A stretch of 62,887 nucleotides of DNA, filler included, from Sphacelaria rigidula (GCA_964200075.2; 6 parts of 6 records of this genome joined end to end with filler, not necessarily neighbours in it); one strand, 5' to 3'; positions 50,001 to 62,887 are shown, counted from the whole stretch's first letter. The notes: generated by a model from the sequence alone, not told the origin. Numbers and translations: made by a program.

Positions 50001-51556
50001 TCCTCCCCCTCCGAGTTCATCGGGAGAATAGCCGGTAACGGTGCACTTTCCGCCATGAAGTTTTTTTGAAGCGATATTTTCAGAGTAAGAGAGTCCCGTT
50101 TGCACCACTTCACTCTAAAAACCGTTCCTCCTCCTCAGAGTTCATAGCGGAATGAAAAAGAACCACATCCACCTTCACCACCATGGTCACGTCCAGTCCA
50201 AAGTCAATACACCCTAACAAGCAAAGTGGGACAGTCATCATCCATCAAAATTGCCATACTCATCACGATAGGCCATTCACGAAGTAGAAAAGCTTAGCAT
50301 CGCAATCAGGAGACGTCCCTGACGCCGCCATGGTATCAGCTATCCGCTTGGTTGTGTTGCGTGAAAATTCAAATGCTCGACAGGTACACGTTGCGTTGGG
50401 TGCACTTCCTCATTCTTGCCAGCTTCAGCTGGAAGAAGACGGTGGGAACGATTCGTAGTCTACAGCGCACAAGCAGTACTACACCCGGCTGTATTCCCAT
50501 CCCGTGAGAGATCGTAACGTCTCGCACCACCGTTATGGGCGGCATTTGAAAAAGTCATCGCAATCCGGCCGTGGTCTGCTATTTGAAAGTGCTGCGTACC
50601 GTACTGTCTGCACTACTGTTTGCACAACTGACTTTCTGTACTGTATCGCTGTACAGTATAACAGTTCGCACCATTGCGATGCACTGTTGTAAGGTTTTGT
50701 ATTGCCCTGTACTCCACGCTGCACAGAACTGTAGCACTAACTACAGCACGACAGTGTCCTGTAGTGCGCCGTAGTGGATTGAAGTACTGCAGGTGAAGTG
50801 AAGAAGCGTGGTGTGTGGTGCGTACGGTGCCAGCAGTGTACGGAACAGTCAATTTTGTGCTGTCCTATGCACTTTCGAAGTGGACGCTGGTCGATCGTAC
50901 ATTTGGCGGGGCAACCTGCGGCCCATCACTGCGACAAAAAAGAATCACGTCAAGCCACGTCACATCAGCTTCCGCTATGAACCTTTTAACGTCCACTATG
51001 AAGTTCCGAAGCTTACACTCTGCACTCTGACTCTATGATAGAAAACACCATCTCCCGAAACTCTCTATTATCCACATTAGCTGATTGCAACAATCCAGCC
51101 CGTGATCAGGAGCAGCAAACAAAGAGCAGAATAACAAAGAAGGAAAGGAACAGAAAAAGACAGAAGCAGCAGCTACAGAAAGGAAAGAAAGGAAGCAGCG
51201 GCAACAACAACAACAACACACGAACACAAACGCAGACGCAAACGCAAACAACACCACGAGATGATTATCTCGCATTACGTAGCTGATTGCAACACTCCAG
51301 CTCGTGACGAGAGACGAAAAAAAAGGGAGAAAAATTAAAGAAATTAAAATAGCAGAAGGCCCGACTCGTACATGTCACATGTTCGAGATTCACGTTTCAC
51401 ATCAAAAGTTGAGCTAGGACAGTATTGCGGTAGGCCACCAAGTGGGGAGCCCTGATTTGACTTGACGTTTGAACAGAGCTCCCCACGTGGTCCCCGTCCC
51501 CCACCGTAGTACTAGCCTTTGAGGTGGAACGTGGAACATTCACGTGTAACGTGTAG

Positions 51557-51798
51557 GGCCCTGAAAGGAGGAGGTCCGTCTGCCTACAGGTTTTTCGCCC
51601 GGGAAAATCGCAAGTCTGCGCTGTTAAATAGGAATCTGCGCCAGGCAATCCCAGTTATGCTCTATCCTCTCTAGAATCTGCTGCATTTCTGAAAATCTGC
51701 GATATATTCCGATTTTCCTGCTTCTTTTTTCACGGCCGTTTTTCTGCGCAAAAATACGGAATTCTGCGTCTTCTGCGACCGCAGAAGGATTCAGGGCC
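51557..51798. mobile_element. Possible PIF/Harbinger-type MITE
   Basis: GGCCCTGAA...TTCAGGGCC termini, near-TSD tag/aag, internal tctgcg repeats. Confidence 0.4.
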
Positions 51799-51892
51799 AA
51801 GTGATGGCGTGTCTTGAGACGTTTCGTTTCACAGAATGCGATGGAATTAAGATCGACAGTCCCGCCGCACAGGTACACGAACGCCCAATATG

Positions 51893-52210
51893 ATTATTTA
51901 TTATGTTTTTTTCTCTTTATTTGTCGCACTTTTAACCCCTTCCCTTCCTCCGGACGAGTCCGTGGTCGCGAAGGATCAATCCATGTCTCCCTGGTACCCG
52001 CCTTTCATTTTGGTCTCGCGGATTGGGTCAGCACTCCCGCACCGCTTCATCTCACGTCAAACAAACTCAGTCAATTGCTTTGTTTACTCACGCTCTAACG
52101 CTTTCCACCGTGGAAATCAGATACTACGAAGAAAAAATTCAACGCATCGGGAATCAAACCCTCATTTCCTCCACCCTGATGGCAACAGTCGGACCATTAC
52201 AGGTATGCTC
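51893..52210 (-). mobile_element. tRNA-derived SINE family B, copy 1
   Basis: B-box-like GGGTTTGATTCCCG on -. Body (cgcggattgg..., gagtccgtgg, ttaacccc.tcc) is shared with 55437-55748 and partly with 58932-59130. Confidence 0.6.
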
Positions 52211-52340
52211 ATGCAAAAGCACTGATGGTGCTGCAAGATGGCATCAAGCTCGTCAACAGCTCCATCATGGAAGCGACCTCCGAGACGTCTGTCATACATC
52301 AACGTAAGAGGGAGAAGTACTACTTGAAAATGCGCTATAG

Positions 52341-52377
<37 letters not shown>

Positions 52378-52390
52378 ACGAGACAAAAAA

Positions 52391-52490
52391 NNNNNNNNNN
52401 NNNNNNNNNNNNNNNNNNNNNNNNNNNNNNNNNNTTAATTAATTAANNNNNNNNNNNNNNNNNNNNNNNNNNNNNNNNNNNNNNNNNNNN
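52391..52490. other. Artificial 100-bp contig spacer
   Basis: N-TTAATTAATTAA-N linker. Confidence 0.97.
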
Positions 52491-55093
52491 TCGCTGAAAG
52501 TGTGAGGAAAGCACTGTTTTAGGCTTGAACCTCATCTCAAAGTTAAACCTCGATTCGCACAATTTGTTGTTGTGTCCGAAAAAGATCTCTGCGCTGCCTC
52601 CTGGGCGAACTGTAGGTGAGGCGCAATCGCCGAAATATTCACCTGCAAACTCTACTCCAGTGCACTGTCAGTTGACATCGCTAGAAGACACTACCATCAC
52701 CACCTTGCCCGCTGCCAGACTGTGAACAGACTGTCAGGACGTACGATCCGCTAGCATTGCTACTGTCTGTACGGGGGTGTTGCTCCATTGTCAGGTACGT
52801 TTTGGAGCATGATACTAGATGAAGATCACCCTTCCTTGTACATGGGCACCAAACGCTGGGTTTATCACTCAAGACTTCGATTTTAAGGATGATACAAGGT
52901 AGGCAGCAGCAACTGCTGTGTGTCCAGGTGCTCCTTGGAGCAGGATGCGTTTGGTGTCCGTTTGACGAAGTTATCCCCCAAAAACCGGAATCGATAAGGG
53001 TTTGAGACTGGAAAAATCTAGCAAAAATCTAGCAAAAAGACTAACGCAAGAATCTGATCGCAAGAATCCCGACGCAAAAAAAATATCGCGAAAATCCGAT
53101 CGCAAGAATCCCGACGCAAAAACGAAGTCGCAAAAAAACACTGAGTCGATTTTTCACCCGCAGCAGAAACCAACTTCACTTTGTGAAATTGGAATCCTTC
53201 GGGTCCCACCACTTCTGTGGCCGCCTTCTCTGTTTCCCTTTCCCCAGTCCTTCTCCCTGGGCGTTCTTATTTCCTCTCCGTATATATATTTCACACGTAA
53301 GACAACTCAATCAGGTTAACTCGAGTTAACTCCTAACCCACCACTCACCTGTGAGTTCATGTTGTAACATAATTTGGCGATATATATTGTGGTCGGGTGA
53401 ATCGTAAAAGATAATTCAGTGATGCATACTCTGGCCGGGTGAGTTAGAAAAGATAACTCAGGGGTGAATTTCTGGCATATCTTGGTCAGGCATGTAGAGG
53501 TCGAAATAGATGAGCCGGAATCTGCTCCCACGGCTTTTTGTTCATGATTGATCAGTCTGGTTGAAAAATACATTTCTACCGAAGCCATGTTGCAGCGGCG
53601 GGAATTTTTTCCTGTTTTTTTTCATCTTCGTCCTGTTTTTTTTTATTTCATCATCAATTTCTTTTTCTTGTCTACTCCGTCTGTTCCACCTCTCCGTTTC
53701 CTTCACTTCTTCAGAGAGCATTCCCGTTTTTGTCGGCGCATCTTGTTGTTTGATCATGTGACCACGGCTGGATCTCTGGGGGGATCAGTTCGGGTCCGAA
53801 AGTCAATCCATCGAATAAACAAGTCGCTGAATGCCAACTGTCGTTGCATCGTCGGGTCACAACTTACAATCGACTCACGAGTTACATCGCTGCTGCTTCG
53901 TGTCCCCTTATTTAATCAAAGGTTCATCCTAGATATTGTTCTTTCACCGTTCTTCACACTCCTCACGGGGTGCGAATCGGTCTGTTTCGCTCCCTCAAAC
54001 ACTCAGCTTCGTGACCATCCCGGCCTCGCGATATCAGTACGTGTTCGGTCTACCTCGCAACAACGCAACTAACAAATGCCCGGGTGGGTCCGGCACATAG
54101 AGGTAAATATCCTGCTTACCTCTAACCTAGCTATTTTATCTTGCTCAAGGGGGGGCATATCTACAGCAACATTTCCAACTAATCAACCAATTTCGACTTC
54201 CGTTCATTTCCATACGAGTCCCATTTTTCACAATCCCCTGTTATAGATGTATAACGGCCGACGTTGGGTCCCGAATCAAGCGTAAATTGATACCCCGAGA
54301 TCGGCGAATTTCTACTTACACCGCCCCCAAACCCATCACATCGGCCCCACCTCCATTTCAGATTTCTTATTTCCGCATGAAGTCCAACCCCAACATAGTC
54401 TTTATACTACCAACGGTCAGAGAGGCGGAGCGGGAGCCTCATCTCCAACGCATGTTACGATTTACTTGAGATATTTGCTCCAAGAGCTATGATTGTCACG
54501 CGTGCTTTTTCTCGACACATTTAACCTCCACGATTGCATTTCATGTCTACTCCAGGTAGAATTCACGAACAGAATACAAGCATAACCGCTATGGAGAAGA
54601 GAAAAGATATCATCCTTTATCTCCCGCGCAAAATTTTGTGGGACAACCAGCACGTGTGACGATGGATTCAGCCTGTCGCTCTACAGGCCTTCAATCAGTC
54701 GCCATAACCTCACTTGACAAATACTATTAACAACAGTACAATTCAGAATCCGCTACAGCGCAATGTCATGACAATGCAACATACGGAGAGCAGTGACACC
54801 ATCGCGGAAGCACACCTGCGCTCCAAAGTTGCTTTCAAAAACAACGACTCTAACATCGCTCATTCTCTTCAGCCCACATCAATTACTTGTAATACGCAAC
54901 CTCCCCTCCCCCATCCCTTCCCGCCCACATCAAGTAACGCATACCCCCCACGCCGCAAGCAACGATTCCAGCAATGGTACAACTAGGCAGGGGCTATCCC
55001 ATTCATATCTCCCAGAGGTACAGTACTAACGCAATGGTCAGATCAATAGGCGACAGTGGCTGTAGCCATTTGTGTTTGTTGCTGACAAAGATC

Positions 55094-55390
55094 TCATGTC
55101 ATCATTTCAATTTTTATCGGTTCATTCGCCAAAGCACTATCGCGGGTCGACATTTCTATTCCCGATGCCGACGGTAATCGACGGAACTCGCCACCTTTCG
55201 TCTCAGCAGACGGCGCACGAAACGCCTTGGGAGCGTTCTCCGTTTTTAGTGGTGTTGCTGCGCCTGCCGCTGCTTCCTGTTCCAAATTTCGCATCTCGTC
55301 TGCTCTTCTCCTTGTATCCTTGATTTTCACGTTCACCACCAGCCCGCCTAAAACCAGCGCACCTCCCACCACGAACTTATAGCTGAACGG
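55094..55390 (-). CDS. SLC35B3: Exon 7 (terminal), PAPS transporter; total ~409 aa
   Basis: gtgcag|PFSYKFVVGGALVLGGLVVNV...*; last TM segment plus a hydrophilic tail. All splice phases are consistent. Confidence 0.85.
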   Translation of the reverse strand, partial: PFSYKFVVGGALVLGGLVVNVKIKDTRRRADEMRNLEQEAAAGAATPLKTENAPKAFRAPSAETKGGEFRRLPSASGIEMSTRDSALANEPIKIEMMT

Positions 55391-55436
55391 CTGCACGGGC
55401 ACAGGAACACAAAAGAACGAGACCACCCATGGTCTT

Positions 55437-55748
55437 CATTTTATTCTCTTCGCTTCTAACTCCTCCCCTTCCTCGGAAAGAGTCCGTGGACTTAAGGTAT
55501 TAGCCCACCTCCATCTCTATGCATGCCTTTTAATTTGCTATCGCGGATTGGATCATGACCAGCACTTCAGTACCGTGTCCACTGACGTCATTTCTGTTAT
55601 CCCACTACTCAGCTCCCCACGCTTTTACCGACGAATATCAGATTATTCTCGAGAGAAACTGAAAATAATGCACCTTCCGGGAATCGAACCCGCATTTTTT
55701 TCATCCAATGGTGTTAATTCTACCATCACACTACCCTGGCGCGGCGGC
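55437..55748 (-). mobile_element. tRNA-derived SINE family B, copy 2 (intronic)
   Basis: Minus-strand head gggtagtgtgatggtagaat...gcgggttcgattcccggaaggtgca (A and B boxes, tRNA-Gly-like) followed by the family body. Confidence 0.65.
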
Positions 55749-56565
55749 ATATGGACACAGTATGTCGTGAAATAACTGAGGAGAAATGTAATATTGTGCA
55801 TTCACACTCAACACGGGGCATACTTCAGCGTTCTTCGCCGGGAGTTGAAAGCGTTCGAAGGTTGGTGTTGTTCTACAAATGAACACGAAGCACTGTTCCA
55901 GAATGGAGCCAGTTTCCACGCGTATTCGACACAACGTTTGTGCAGTTCACGAGGAAGCTAAGGGAAAATATATATATAGATCTCGTGATATTGGATCTCC
56001 GCACGACGCGTTTTGCGCGATTCTAGGGCGCAAATTTCCGCTGTTCTCTCAGCTTCGACTTCATCGACAAAGCGCAGCTGCAAAAAATAGTTGAGACACG
56101 AGCAACGTCGCGCTTCAAATGTTGAACAAGCGATGGCGCCGCCGAACTTCTCCCTGACTCGACGGGATGCTAGCAGTCTACGGCCGACAGCACGACGCTG
56201 CCGATTTCCTTTCCATCATAGAGCGGGGAAGTGGGCTATGCCAATGTGGCGAAACATCACGGATGATCCATCTACAAACGATGCGGGTCCCACGTCAGCA
56301 CGGCTGATTTGAACTGAAGGGTAGTGAGCTCCATGTGCAATACAGGATGACATGGTGTGAACCACCTCATGTCCCTACTTCTTGATATCTCGAAAACTTG
56401 ATTTGAACCCAACGTTTTGAGTTCGTCAAGACAATGGAGAAACTACTTAACGATGAAAAACCTCAAACGAAACGAGAGCCTTCAGCGGTGGCCGACACCG
56501 GTATACCACCGTTTCTCTCGACAACGGACGTGCACGTGGAATGAACGGTAGCCTCCGATCCCCAC

Positions 56566-56706
56566 CTTTGGGAACAGTAGGAAGGACAGCGCCACGGTCA
56601 TGGCCTTTCGGGTACCCCCCACCAGTACGGCCGTCACTCCACCGTACTCCTTCACGACCATCATGTGAGACGCGATTGCCATGTGCGAACACACGCAGTA
56701 GATCAT
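56566..56706 (-). CDS. SLC35B3: Exon 6, PAPS transporter
   Basis: cgcag|MIYCVCSH...VKEYGGVTAVLVGGTRKAMTVALSFLLFPK|gtgggg. Confidence 0.9.
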
Positions 56707-57088
56707 CTGCGGTTTCCACACATGTGATAACGTATGCGAACGAACAGAGCGCTCAAAATGCATTCATCACATTCAGAAGTATTTGACCAGGACTATTTGA
56801 CACCGCAACAACCTGTAGATGACCCAGTGCAAAACCCCACGGCTTCATTCATTGAAAAAAACTGCCAGGGGACTCGGTAACTTTCCTACCAGGAGCCATA
56901 CCCCCACCCGATTTTTCGCACAAAATACGGATTTCTCGTCGTTGTCTCTACCCCAAATACGGATTTTTTTACGGCTTGTTTCACCCAAATAAGGGTTTCT
57001 CATAGTCACGGCGGCGCCCATGCCCTTTGTTTTTTCTTTCGGGGAAAATACGCTCGAGACAGTCATACAGCCTCTACAGCACCCATAC

Positions 57089-57244
57089 CATGTACGTCGC
57101 CGCGTCTGGGTTCGTCCAAGCATATCGAATGAAGTCGAACATGTTCCCGTTGGCCAAGGTGGACACCACCATCCCGAAGACAGTGAGAAGATTGGTGAAG
57201 AACGTAACTTCCACTCTCGAGGCGCCCAGAGTGAAGACTTTTTC
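57089..57244 (-). CDS. SLC35B3: Exon 5, PAPS transporter
   Basis: tgcag|EKVFTLGASRVEVTFFTN...AATYM|gtatgg. Confidence 0.88.
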
Positions 57245-58024
57245 CTGCAGCGCATGAAGCAAAACAGTCATCACGCGCAAGATCAACCAGATGCGCATGA
57301 GGTCAGAATACAGGCGGAAAAAGACAGTAGTAGACGTGGAGCTCTTCCTACCCCTGCTTCCCAAAATCCATGGTTGAAATATACTCGGTTCTAGTGCGAC
57401 CCATAGTATTCGGATCTTTAACGGGCTCACAACCCCGAGAACACGCTATCGTGCTCAGCACGCGTTTCGGCGTCGACTTCAGATCTGGCAACGCACGGTT
57501 CGCCTCAGATACTGTATGTGTCCCCATTGCGACAGGATTTTCGATCTATCTTGGGATGGAATTGGACTATAATAGGCTTAGCGGTACACGTTGGAAAAAG
57601 GAAAAATGTTCAACGATGGATTCAGGGAGCCAGCCGAGATGGGGAGAACCCCTCCCTCCGACAAAACGCAATGGAGAAAAGATGTCGAGGAAAAAAATAA
57701 AGCAGAACCAGAGCGAAAGTTTGAAAAAGGATCGAGGACACACTCATACGCATAAGAATATGAACGTTGAATTTCTGCCAACAGCAGCGCAGTAAAACCC
57801 TCGATGCTGTTACTCGAAAGAACAAAAAAAAAGAGTGAGGTGTCCGCTGACACCTTCTACTTTATGGAAATGACCACGGTAGTGTAGCACGAGGCCTGGC
57901 GGACAAATATCGGCATACATAACCTGACGATGCAGCGCGTGCTCTGAAGCGCTTCGTGTCAAAAACAAGTGTCTCGGCGAGATAGAGTAACTCCTGCGGG
58001 TGCGATGGTGTCGCATGAAATTAC

Positions 58025-58246
58025 CTGAAGATTTGGCAAAAATGCATCCGCACAAACAGATAGCATCACCATAGCGATCCCGATGGGATTGAAATCGGGC
58101 TCCAGAGTGGAGTCCGCGTGTGCGAAAATAATGAGGCCCGAGCAAAGCGCCGCTGCTGACATAAATTCTCCGCGACTGACGAATTTCTTGCGCCACACCA
58201 CAGCGATGACCATCGTTGGGATGAGCTTGCAAGATCGGAAGATGAC
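58025..58246 (-). CDS. SLC35B3: Exon 4, PAPS transporter
   Basis: tcag|VIFRSCKLIPTM...GLIIFAHADSTLEPDFNPIGIAMVMLSVCADAFLPNLQ|gt; the VIF.SCKLIP.M and ADS...P.F...G...S..ADA...N.QE motifs are typical of SLC35B3. Confidence 0.9.
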
Positions 58247-58659
58247 CTGACGGCGAAGACACGTGAGGGCAAAACACAACGTGTGAAAAAATGACGCAAC
58301 TGAGTGATTGGTTTTGCTTGATTGATTGTCGCACTTGAACTGACCCCCCAGGGGTCCAGCCGTGGTCTCATGAAAGACGTACCCAACAAAACGAAAGTGA
58401 AACACGCTCTGAAAAAAACGGAGTAGACGCTTTTTTCAACACATCGGGCCTTCGGTCATCACACATGCAGAACAACAACAGTTATACTCACGATTCATGG
58501 TAAAACAGGGCGAAGAGCGGTAACACGTGAACTTTGATAGATTTTCACCATCCGAATAGGAACTAGAATAACCCTGACGAAGACAGCACAAGACCAACGA
58601 GGACGCCTCCGTCCACTTCTTACTAGGAGGGAATCTCCATTCACAATTTTTTACGTGCC

Positions 58660-58985
58660 GACATCCTCATAAATTGCACAAGAGAACTGCAAAAACAGAC
58701 TCGCACTCCGACACGATCGTCGCAAAGATGGTCGCTCCAGACATAGATTTTTCGTCATTTTCCAAACGTTGAACCCCCCACCACCCCTCCCCCCTCCTCC
58801 GGATGAGACCGTAGTCTCAAGAGACATCCTCATAAATTGCACAAGAGAACGGCAAAAACAGACTCGCACTCCGACACGATCGTCGCAAAGATGGTCGCTC
58901 CAGACCTAGATTTTTCGTCATTTTCCATACGTTGAACCCCCCACCACCCCTCCCCCCTCCTCCGGATGAGACCGTACTCTCAAGA
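58660..58985. repeat. Near-identical 163-bp tandem duplication in an intron
   Basis: Units 58660-58822 and 58823-58985 differ at about 4 positions. Confidence 0.9.
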
Positions 58986-60113
58986 GGACAACGTGCCTCT
59001 TCCCCGGTACCCGCCTCATATGCTGCTATCGAGGATTGGAAGAAAAAATACTACACCCCGTCTACTCCCGTCGAATTTACTTCGCAACTCACCCTTCCTC
59101 GCTTCCAAGGATGGAAACCAGATTCTACCCAAGAAACACCCGTGTCTGGAGTCTGAAGTCATGCTACGATGGGATGGGGGGGGGGGGGGCGAGCAATCAT
59201 TTATTGCTGGTTTTTACCGGGTTACCATTTTCCTCGCACCCCCTTCGACACGGATGAACGNNNNNNNNGCTGGCCTTAGCCGTGTGACCATTGACCACGC
59301 ATCCCTTTCGAGACGGAGGATGGGATGGGGGGGGGAAGGGGGGGATACTTTTGATCTCGCATGCCATGGTCATTTGACCGTTGACCTCCCCTCCCTACAA
59401 AGCCGGGACGGAGAACGCCGAGTTCTAGCCGGACCAGGCTTGCAATCAATCACCAAGCGCGGAGCGTCGTCATGTATTCGACGAGTTGCATGAAGAAGGG
59501 TGAGCTGCATCCTGCTAACATAGGTCGGCCCGAAGCATACTGGTTATCTTGCATTTGGATGACAGCCTCGAATGAGTTGCTTCATTTTGTGTTATCGCCA
59601 CTTCCAAAGACAACCACGGGTTCGCCACTCACTGCCGATGAGGCTCATAGGTATGTCAGACGACCTATCACACTCGCGGTGCGCTTGCATTTGATTGAAA
59701 ACGGTGTCAAGCAGGATGGAAGAGCGTTACTTATTGGTAACAAGCGCGTTCGAACAACCGATGTTGCTTTCAACGACGATTTCAAGTGAAATTTTGTGGA
59801 AGAAATGGCCCAACCCCCCCCCCCCCCCCCCCCCCACCGTAGCCCCTGCCGGGGTTTCAAACGCCCCCCCCCCGTTTGTATAGGGGCTACTGCTGTATCG
59901 TAGCATGACCCCTTGTCGGTATCCGAACCCGCAACTTTTCGTGGAAACTGGCGATATGTGTGCCATTTTTAATTTAGACCACCAGAGCGCGGTGTAACCC
60001 GCAGTATACGTGTGCAACAGCGTATGACAGGTGTGTTTCAGGTCGGACACAGAGGGTGGAATGCGAAATCAAGTCCCCCGGGAAGACTCCGGAAAGGAGA
60101 GTGGAGGTGCAAC

Positions 60114-60332
60114 CTTGGTCGTGAATTTTATGTAGTTCAGGGCGATGTTCGACAACAAGCTGGACGCGCCCAGGAGTCCAGCCAAGAGTATGTAGTTTTG
60201 GAACGGCGCCACTCGGGTGTTCCAAGCTCCGCCGTGCAGTCGCTCCAACGCCGAACCAGCTAGCACGCCTGTGGCCTCGAGCATGCCGAGCGACCAACCG
60301 AACTCGAAGGCCGGCATGGCGAACAGCTTTTC
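60114..60332 (-). CDS. SLC35B3: Exon 3, PAPS transporter
   Basis: aacag|EKLFAMPAFEFGWSL...RVAPFQNY...LSNIALNYIKFTTK|gt. Confidence 0.88.
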
Positions 60333-61181
60333 CTGTTCGACGTGAGCGCCAAATGTGCAGGATTTTCAGCATCGAAATCCCCGTGTCGCGCACGGACACA
60401 GTAATTGGGGCGTGATACGGGCACACATAGATAATACACACAAATGGGTACGTCTATTTTGTGACGCGTTGGCTGGATCCCTCAGTGATCAATTGATGAT
60501 CGACAACTAGAGGCTGCTGCGTCGAGGTCCGCCAATCGAAGAATCCTGTCTGCTCATATCGGTTGTTGATTATGTCCTCAGTCGGTGGCTCTGCGGTTCC
60601 CACTGGTGTGTGTCTGTATCTACTATGCTGCCCTGAATCCCTTGGGCTTTTTCCGTGCTCCCTCTTTTTTTTCTCGTTCTCTTTTTTTTTCCTTTTTTCT
60701 TTCCTTTTCTTTTTCCTCCTCTTTTTTGGTTTTGTTTCAGACCGGCCATGTATTTCTGTGCTTTGATTTTCTTGGCTTTTCATCCTTTTTTTTTACAACG
60801 TCTTATTAGTCTACTATGTCGTTCCGTTCGACTTTGTATGTTTCTTCTTCAGCGAGTGATTCGGTTTTGTTTTGCCTCGGGTACGTCCATCATGTGATCA
60901 CGGCTGGGTCCCTGGAGGGTCACTTAAAGTGGAACAATCAATCAATTAATCAAATCAATCAATGAGGCGTGTGTCATGGCGAGAGCTGCTCCTTGTTATG
61001 CCACACCATTCGACCACGGGGTGCTCCAAACGTCGCGGTGCTGCCAGCTGCTCACTGTTGGGCATTGCGTGTCGGTAGTATGCAGATGTCACCATACACG
61101 GCTACCAGTATACGAAGGAGAGAAAAAAAACATCGTAGTCTCTGCGCAACATCAAAATTTGAATCCAACGCTGGTACACAC

Positions 61182-61321
61182 CTGAAGGATGTTGTGAAGC
61201 CCGAAAAATAAAAACACCAAACTGACGATGATGAAAAATTTCAAAAGAGGATCCACGGAGTCCAACCACGTCGCAAAAGGCCCCTTCGATTGCACTAGAT
61301 GGCCGCGGCTATCTCGATCTT
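61182..61321 (-). CDS. SLC35B3: Exon 2, adenosine 3'-phospho 5'-phosphosulfate transporter 2-like (UAA family)
   Basis: catcag|AA...LKFFIIVSLVFLFFGLHNILQ|gtgtgt; first TM segment ending in the LQ|E motif. Confidence 0.8.
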
Positions 61322-61386
61322 CTGATGAGGGTGGGACGTGAAAGAGACGAGACGATCAGAAAAAAAATAAAAATAAAGTAGTGTAC

Positions 61387-61441
61387 CCTTGCGGTCGGTG
61401 GGATGCGCACTAGTTCGACGACCACCAGTGCCAGCGTTCAT
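61387..61441 (-). CDS. SLC35B3: Putative exon 1 of the PAPS transporter gene
   Basis: ATG...MNAGTGGRRTSAHPTDRK, donor G|GTACAC. Phase 1 matches exon 2 across a 65-nt intron. Start is uncertain. Confidence 0.55.
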
Positions 61442-62887
61442 GATTGACAATAATCCGTCCAACACTTCAGCAGTTACAATTTCGACGAAACGTCACTTGA
61501 AGAAGCAATCTCCATGCAGCAGTCTTTTCCTGGCCATGGCTCGGCTACGAGTACGACAGGCTATTTTCCGGAAACGTTGGACTACTCACTAGCAATGACC
61601 CCGCCCTACTCGGGACGTACGTTTGCTTCGTCTAAAAAAAAGAGACGGCAATAGACGTCAACGCGCGCACAACTCAAAATTCAGGACAGCGGGTACTTCT
61701 TCACCGCACCAAACAGCGGAATACACACACTTTACGGCCGTTGTAAATAAAAAAAACGGCGCAATTCAAGAGACGGCGACATATACAGCTACCGATACCC
61801 ACGATAGGAATCACAGCCAAGCACGCTGTGCCAAGCTACCCTGTCCGCATCCTCCAACAGCTTTCATGACCCCACACCTTTGCCACCTTGCGTACTCGCT
61901 CCGTTTTCCGACTCCAGCAAGGCTCGCGTCTCTTCCTCCACCTTTTCAACGCCTATCTCCTCATCTGGGATTGCGAGCGGTATGGGGGGCGCGGGGGGGG
62001 ATGATTTGAACTCCGGATCTTTTCAGTACTCTTGTACCTCACCCTTATCCTGTAAGGGGTTGGGATGGAGGGGAGGGGGGGGGGGGTGCTCATCAACGTA
62101 ACCCATGTTCCCTTTTGCACTGTTGACAACACAGACCGGAGGAAAAAGTAGCACGCAGTCATCTCATTGGTGGGAAAAAATAAAATAAAAACGCATCATG
62201 ACTAAAATAGCATAACCGGTAGGCACCAATGCGGCATATCGCTGGCCGCGCGCCACGCGCACTTAGGTGAACTGTGCCGACACCGTACCGTGCAGTCTCT
62301 GCGTTATCTTCGGCAACTTGCTACGTGCGCTTCATTCAGTCGCTGTAACAGAAGCCGCAGACGCAATAACGTACGTGCAACCACGGTGTGCACTCGCTGC
62401 GATCCATACACACTCAGTGCATCGTACCACCCCGGATGTGTGTCGTTTTCCGAGTGTACCTGGCAGCTTGAACAAGCGGCGCAATCGGCCTTACGGCGGT
62501 TGGCATTCTGCAAGCGGTAATTCAGCGAAAGGGTCGTTGGCGTCGTGGAGTGTTTGTGGAATACGCACTGCCACATGTGATTTAGAGAGCCCAGAGGCCC
62601 GTTTCAAGGGCGTTACCATCTGATGGGGTGGCTGGTTGTATTGTACGACGACAAAATCATCTGTACTCAATATTGAGTGACGTACGGGCTGACCAGGCAT
62701 CGGAGGTCCTGACACGTTACAGCCGAGATTCTCACTCTTCGGTGATTTCGGTCAATCGCGCCTGTACCGATCGTATTTGTGGAGAAATGTACATATCTGG
62801 GGGGGGGGGGGGGGGTTTCAATCTCCGTACTCATTGCACTAGAGCCGAAAAACTGTGTTTCGAGGTCAATAACACCCCCCTGATAAA

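Noticed and set aside
53050-53125. 42-bp tandem repeat as a functional array
   Set aside because: Only two units; most likely an ordinary TE subterminal or minisatellite repeat.
61322-61350. Hammerhead ribozyme core (CTGATGA...GAAA)
   Set aside because: Stem II cannot pair, and the sequence is the reverse complement of an intron acceptor tract. Other CTGATGA hits (near 3848 and 11736) lack a properly placed GAAA.
62267-62715. Divergent gene upstream of the transporter
   Set aside because: Short ORFs on both strands with no recognisable motif or convincing splice structure.

Overview
Eukaryotic, TE-rich genomic DNA, most likely from a brown alga or another stramenopile (long introns, a mastigoneme-type EGF gene). 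The window is not one locus. It is six size-sorted contigs (five of 10,398 bp, one of 10,397 bp) joined by 100-bp N-TTAATTAATTAA-N spacers, so adjacency across spacers means nothing. Host genes: a complete 3-exon secreted EGF-repeat SIG/mastigoneme-type gene (1729-8699, +), a 7-exon UAA-family PAPS transporter (SLC35B3/PAPST2-like; 61441-55094, -), one CASP-like exon and one exon of an unknown gene. The rest is three decayed Ty3/gypsy elements, a LINE fragment, two tRNA-derived SINE families, LINE 3' tails and several MITEs (hAT-, piggyBac-, CMC- and foldback-type). The most unusual items are (i) a gypsy element whose leader and 5' gag are replaced by a ~1.17-kb spacerless palindrome directly behind the PBS, a candidate hairpin-RNA 'killer' element; (ii) a gypsy element with TA...TA LTR ends, no tRNA PBS and an in-frame fusion of the RT N-terminus to integrase; (iii) an intron bounded by a 10-bp direct repeat; and (iv) a tiny G-tract-bounded repeat that sits at most contig breaks. 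All family assignments come from motif recognition by eye; no searches were run.
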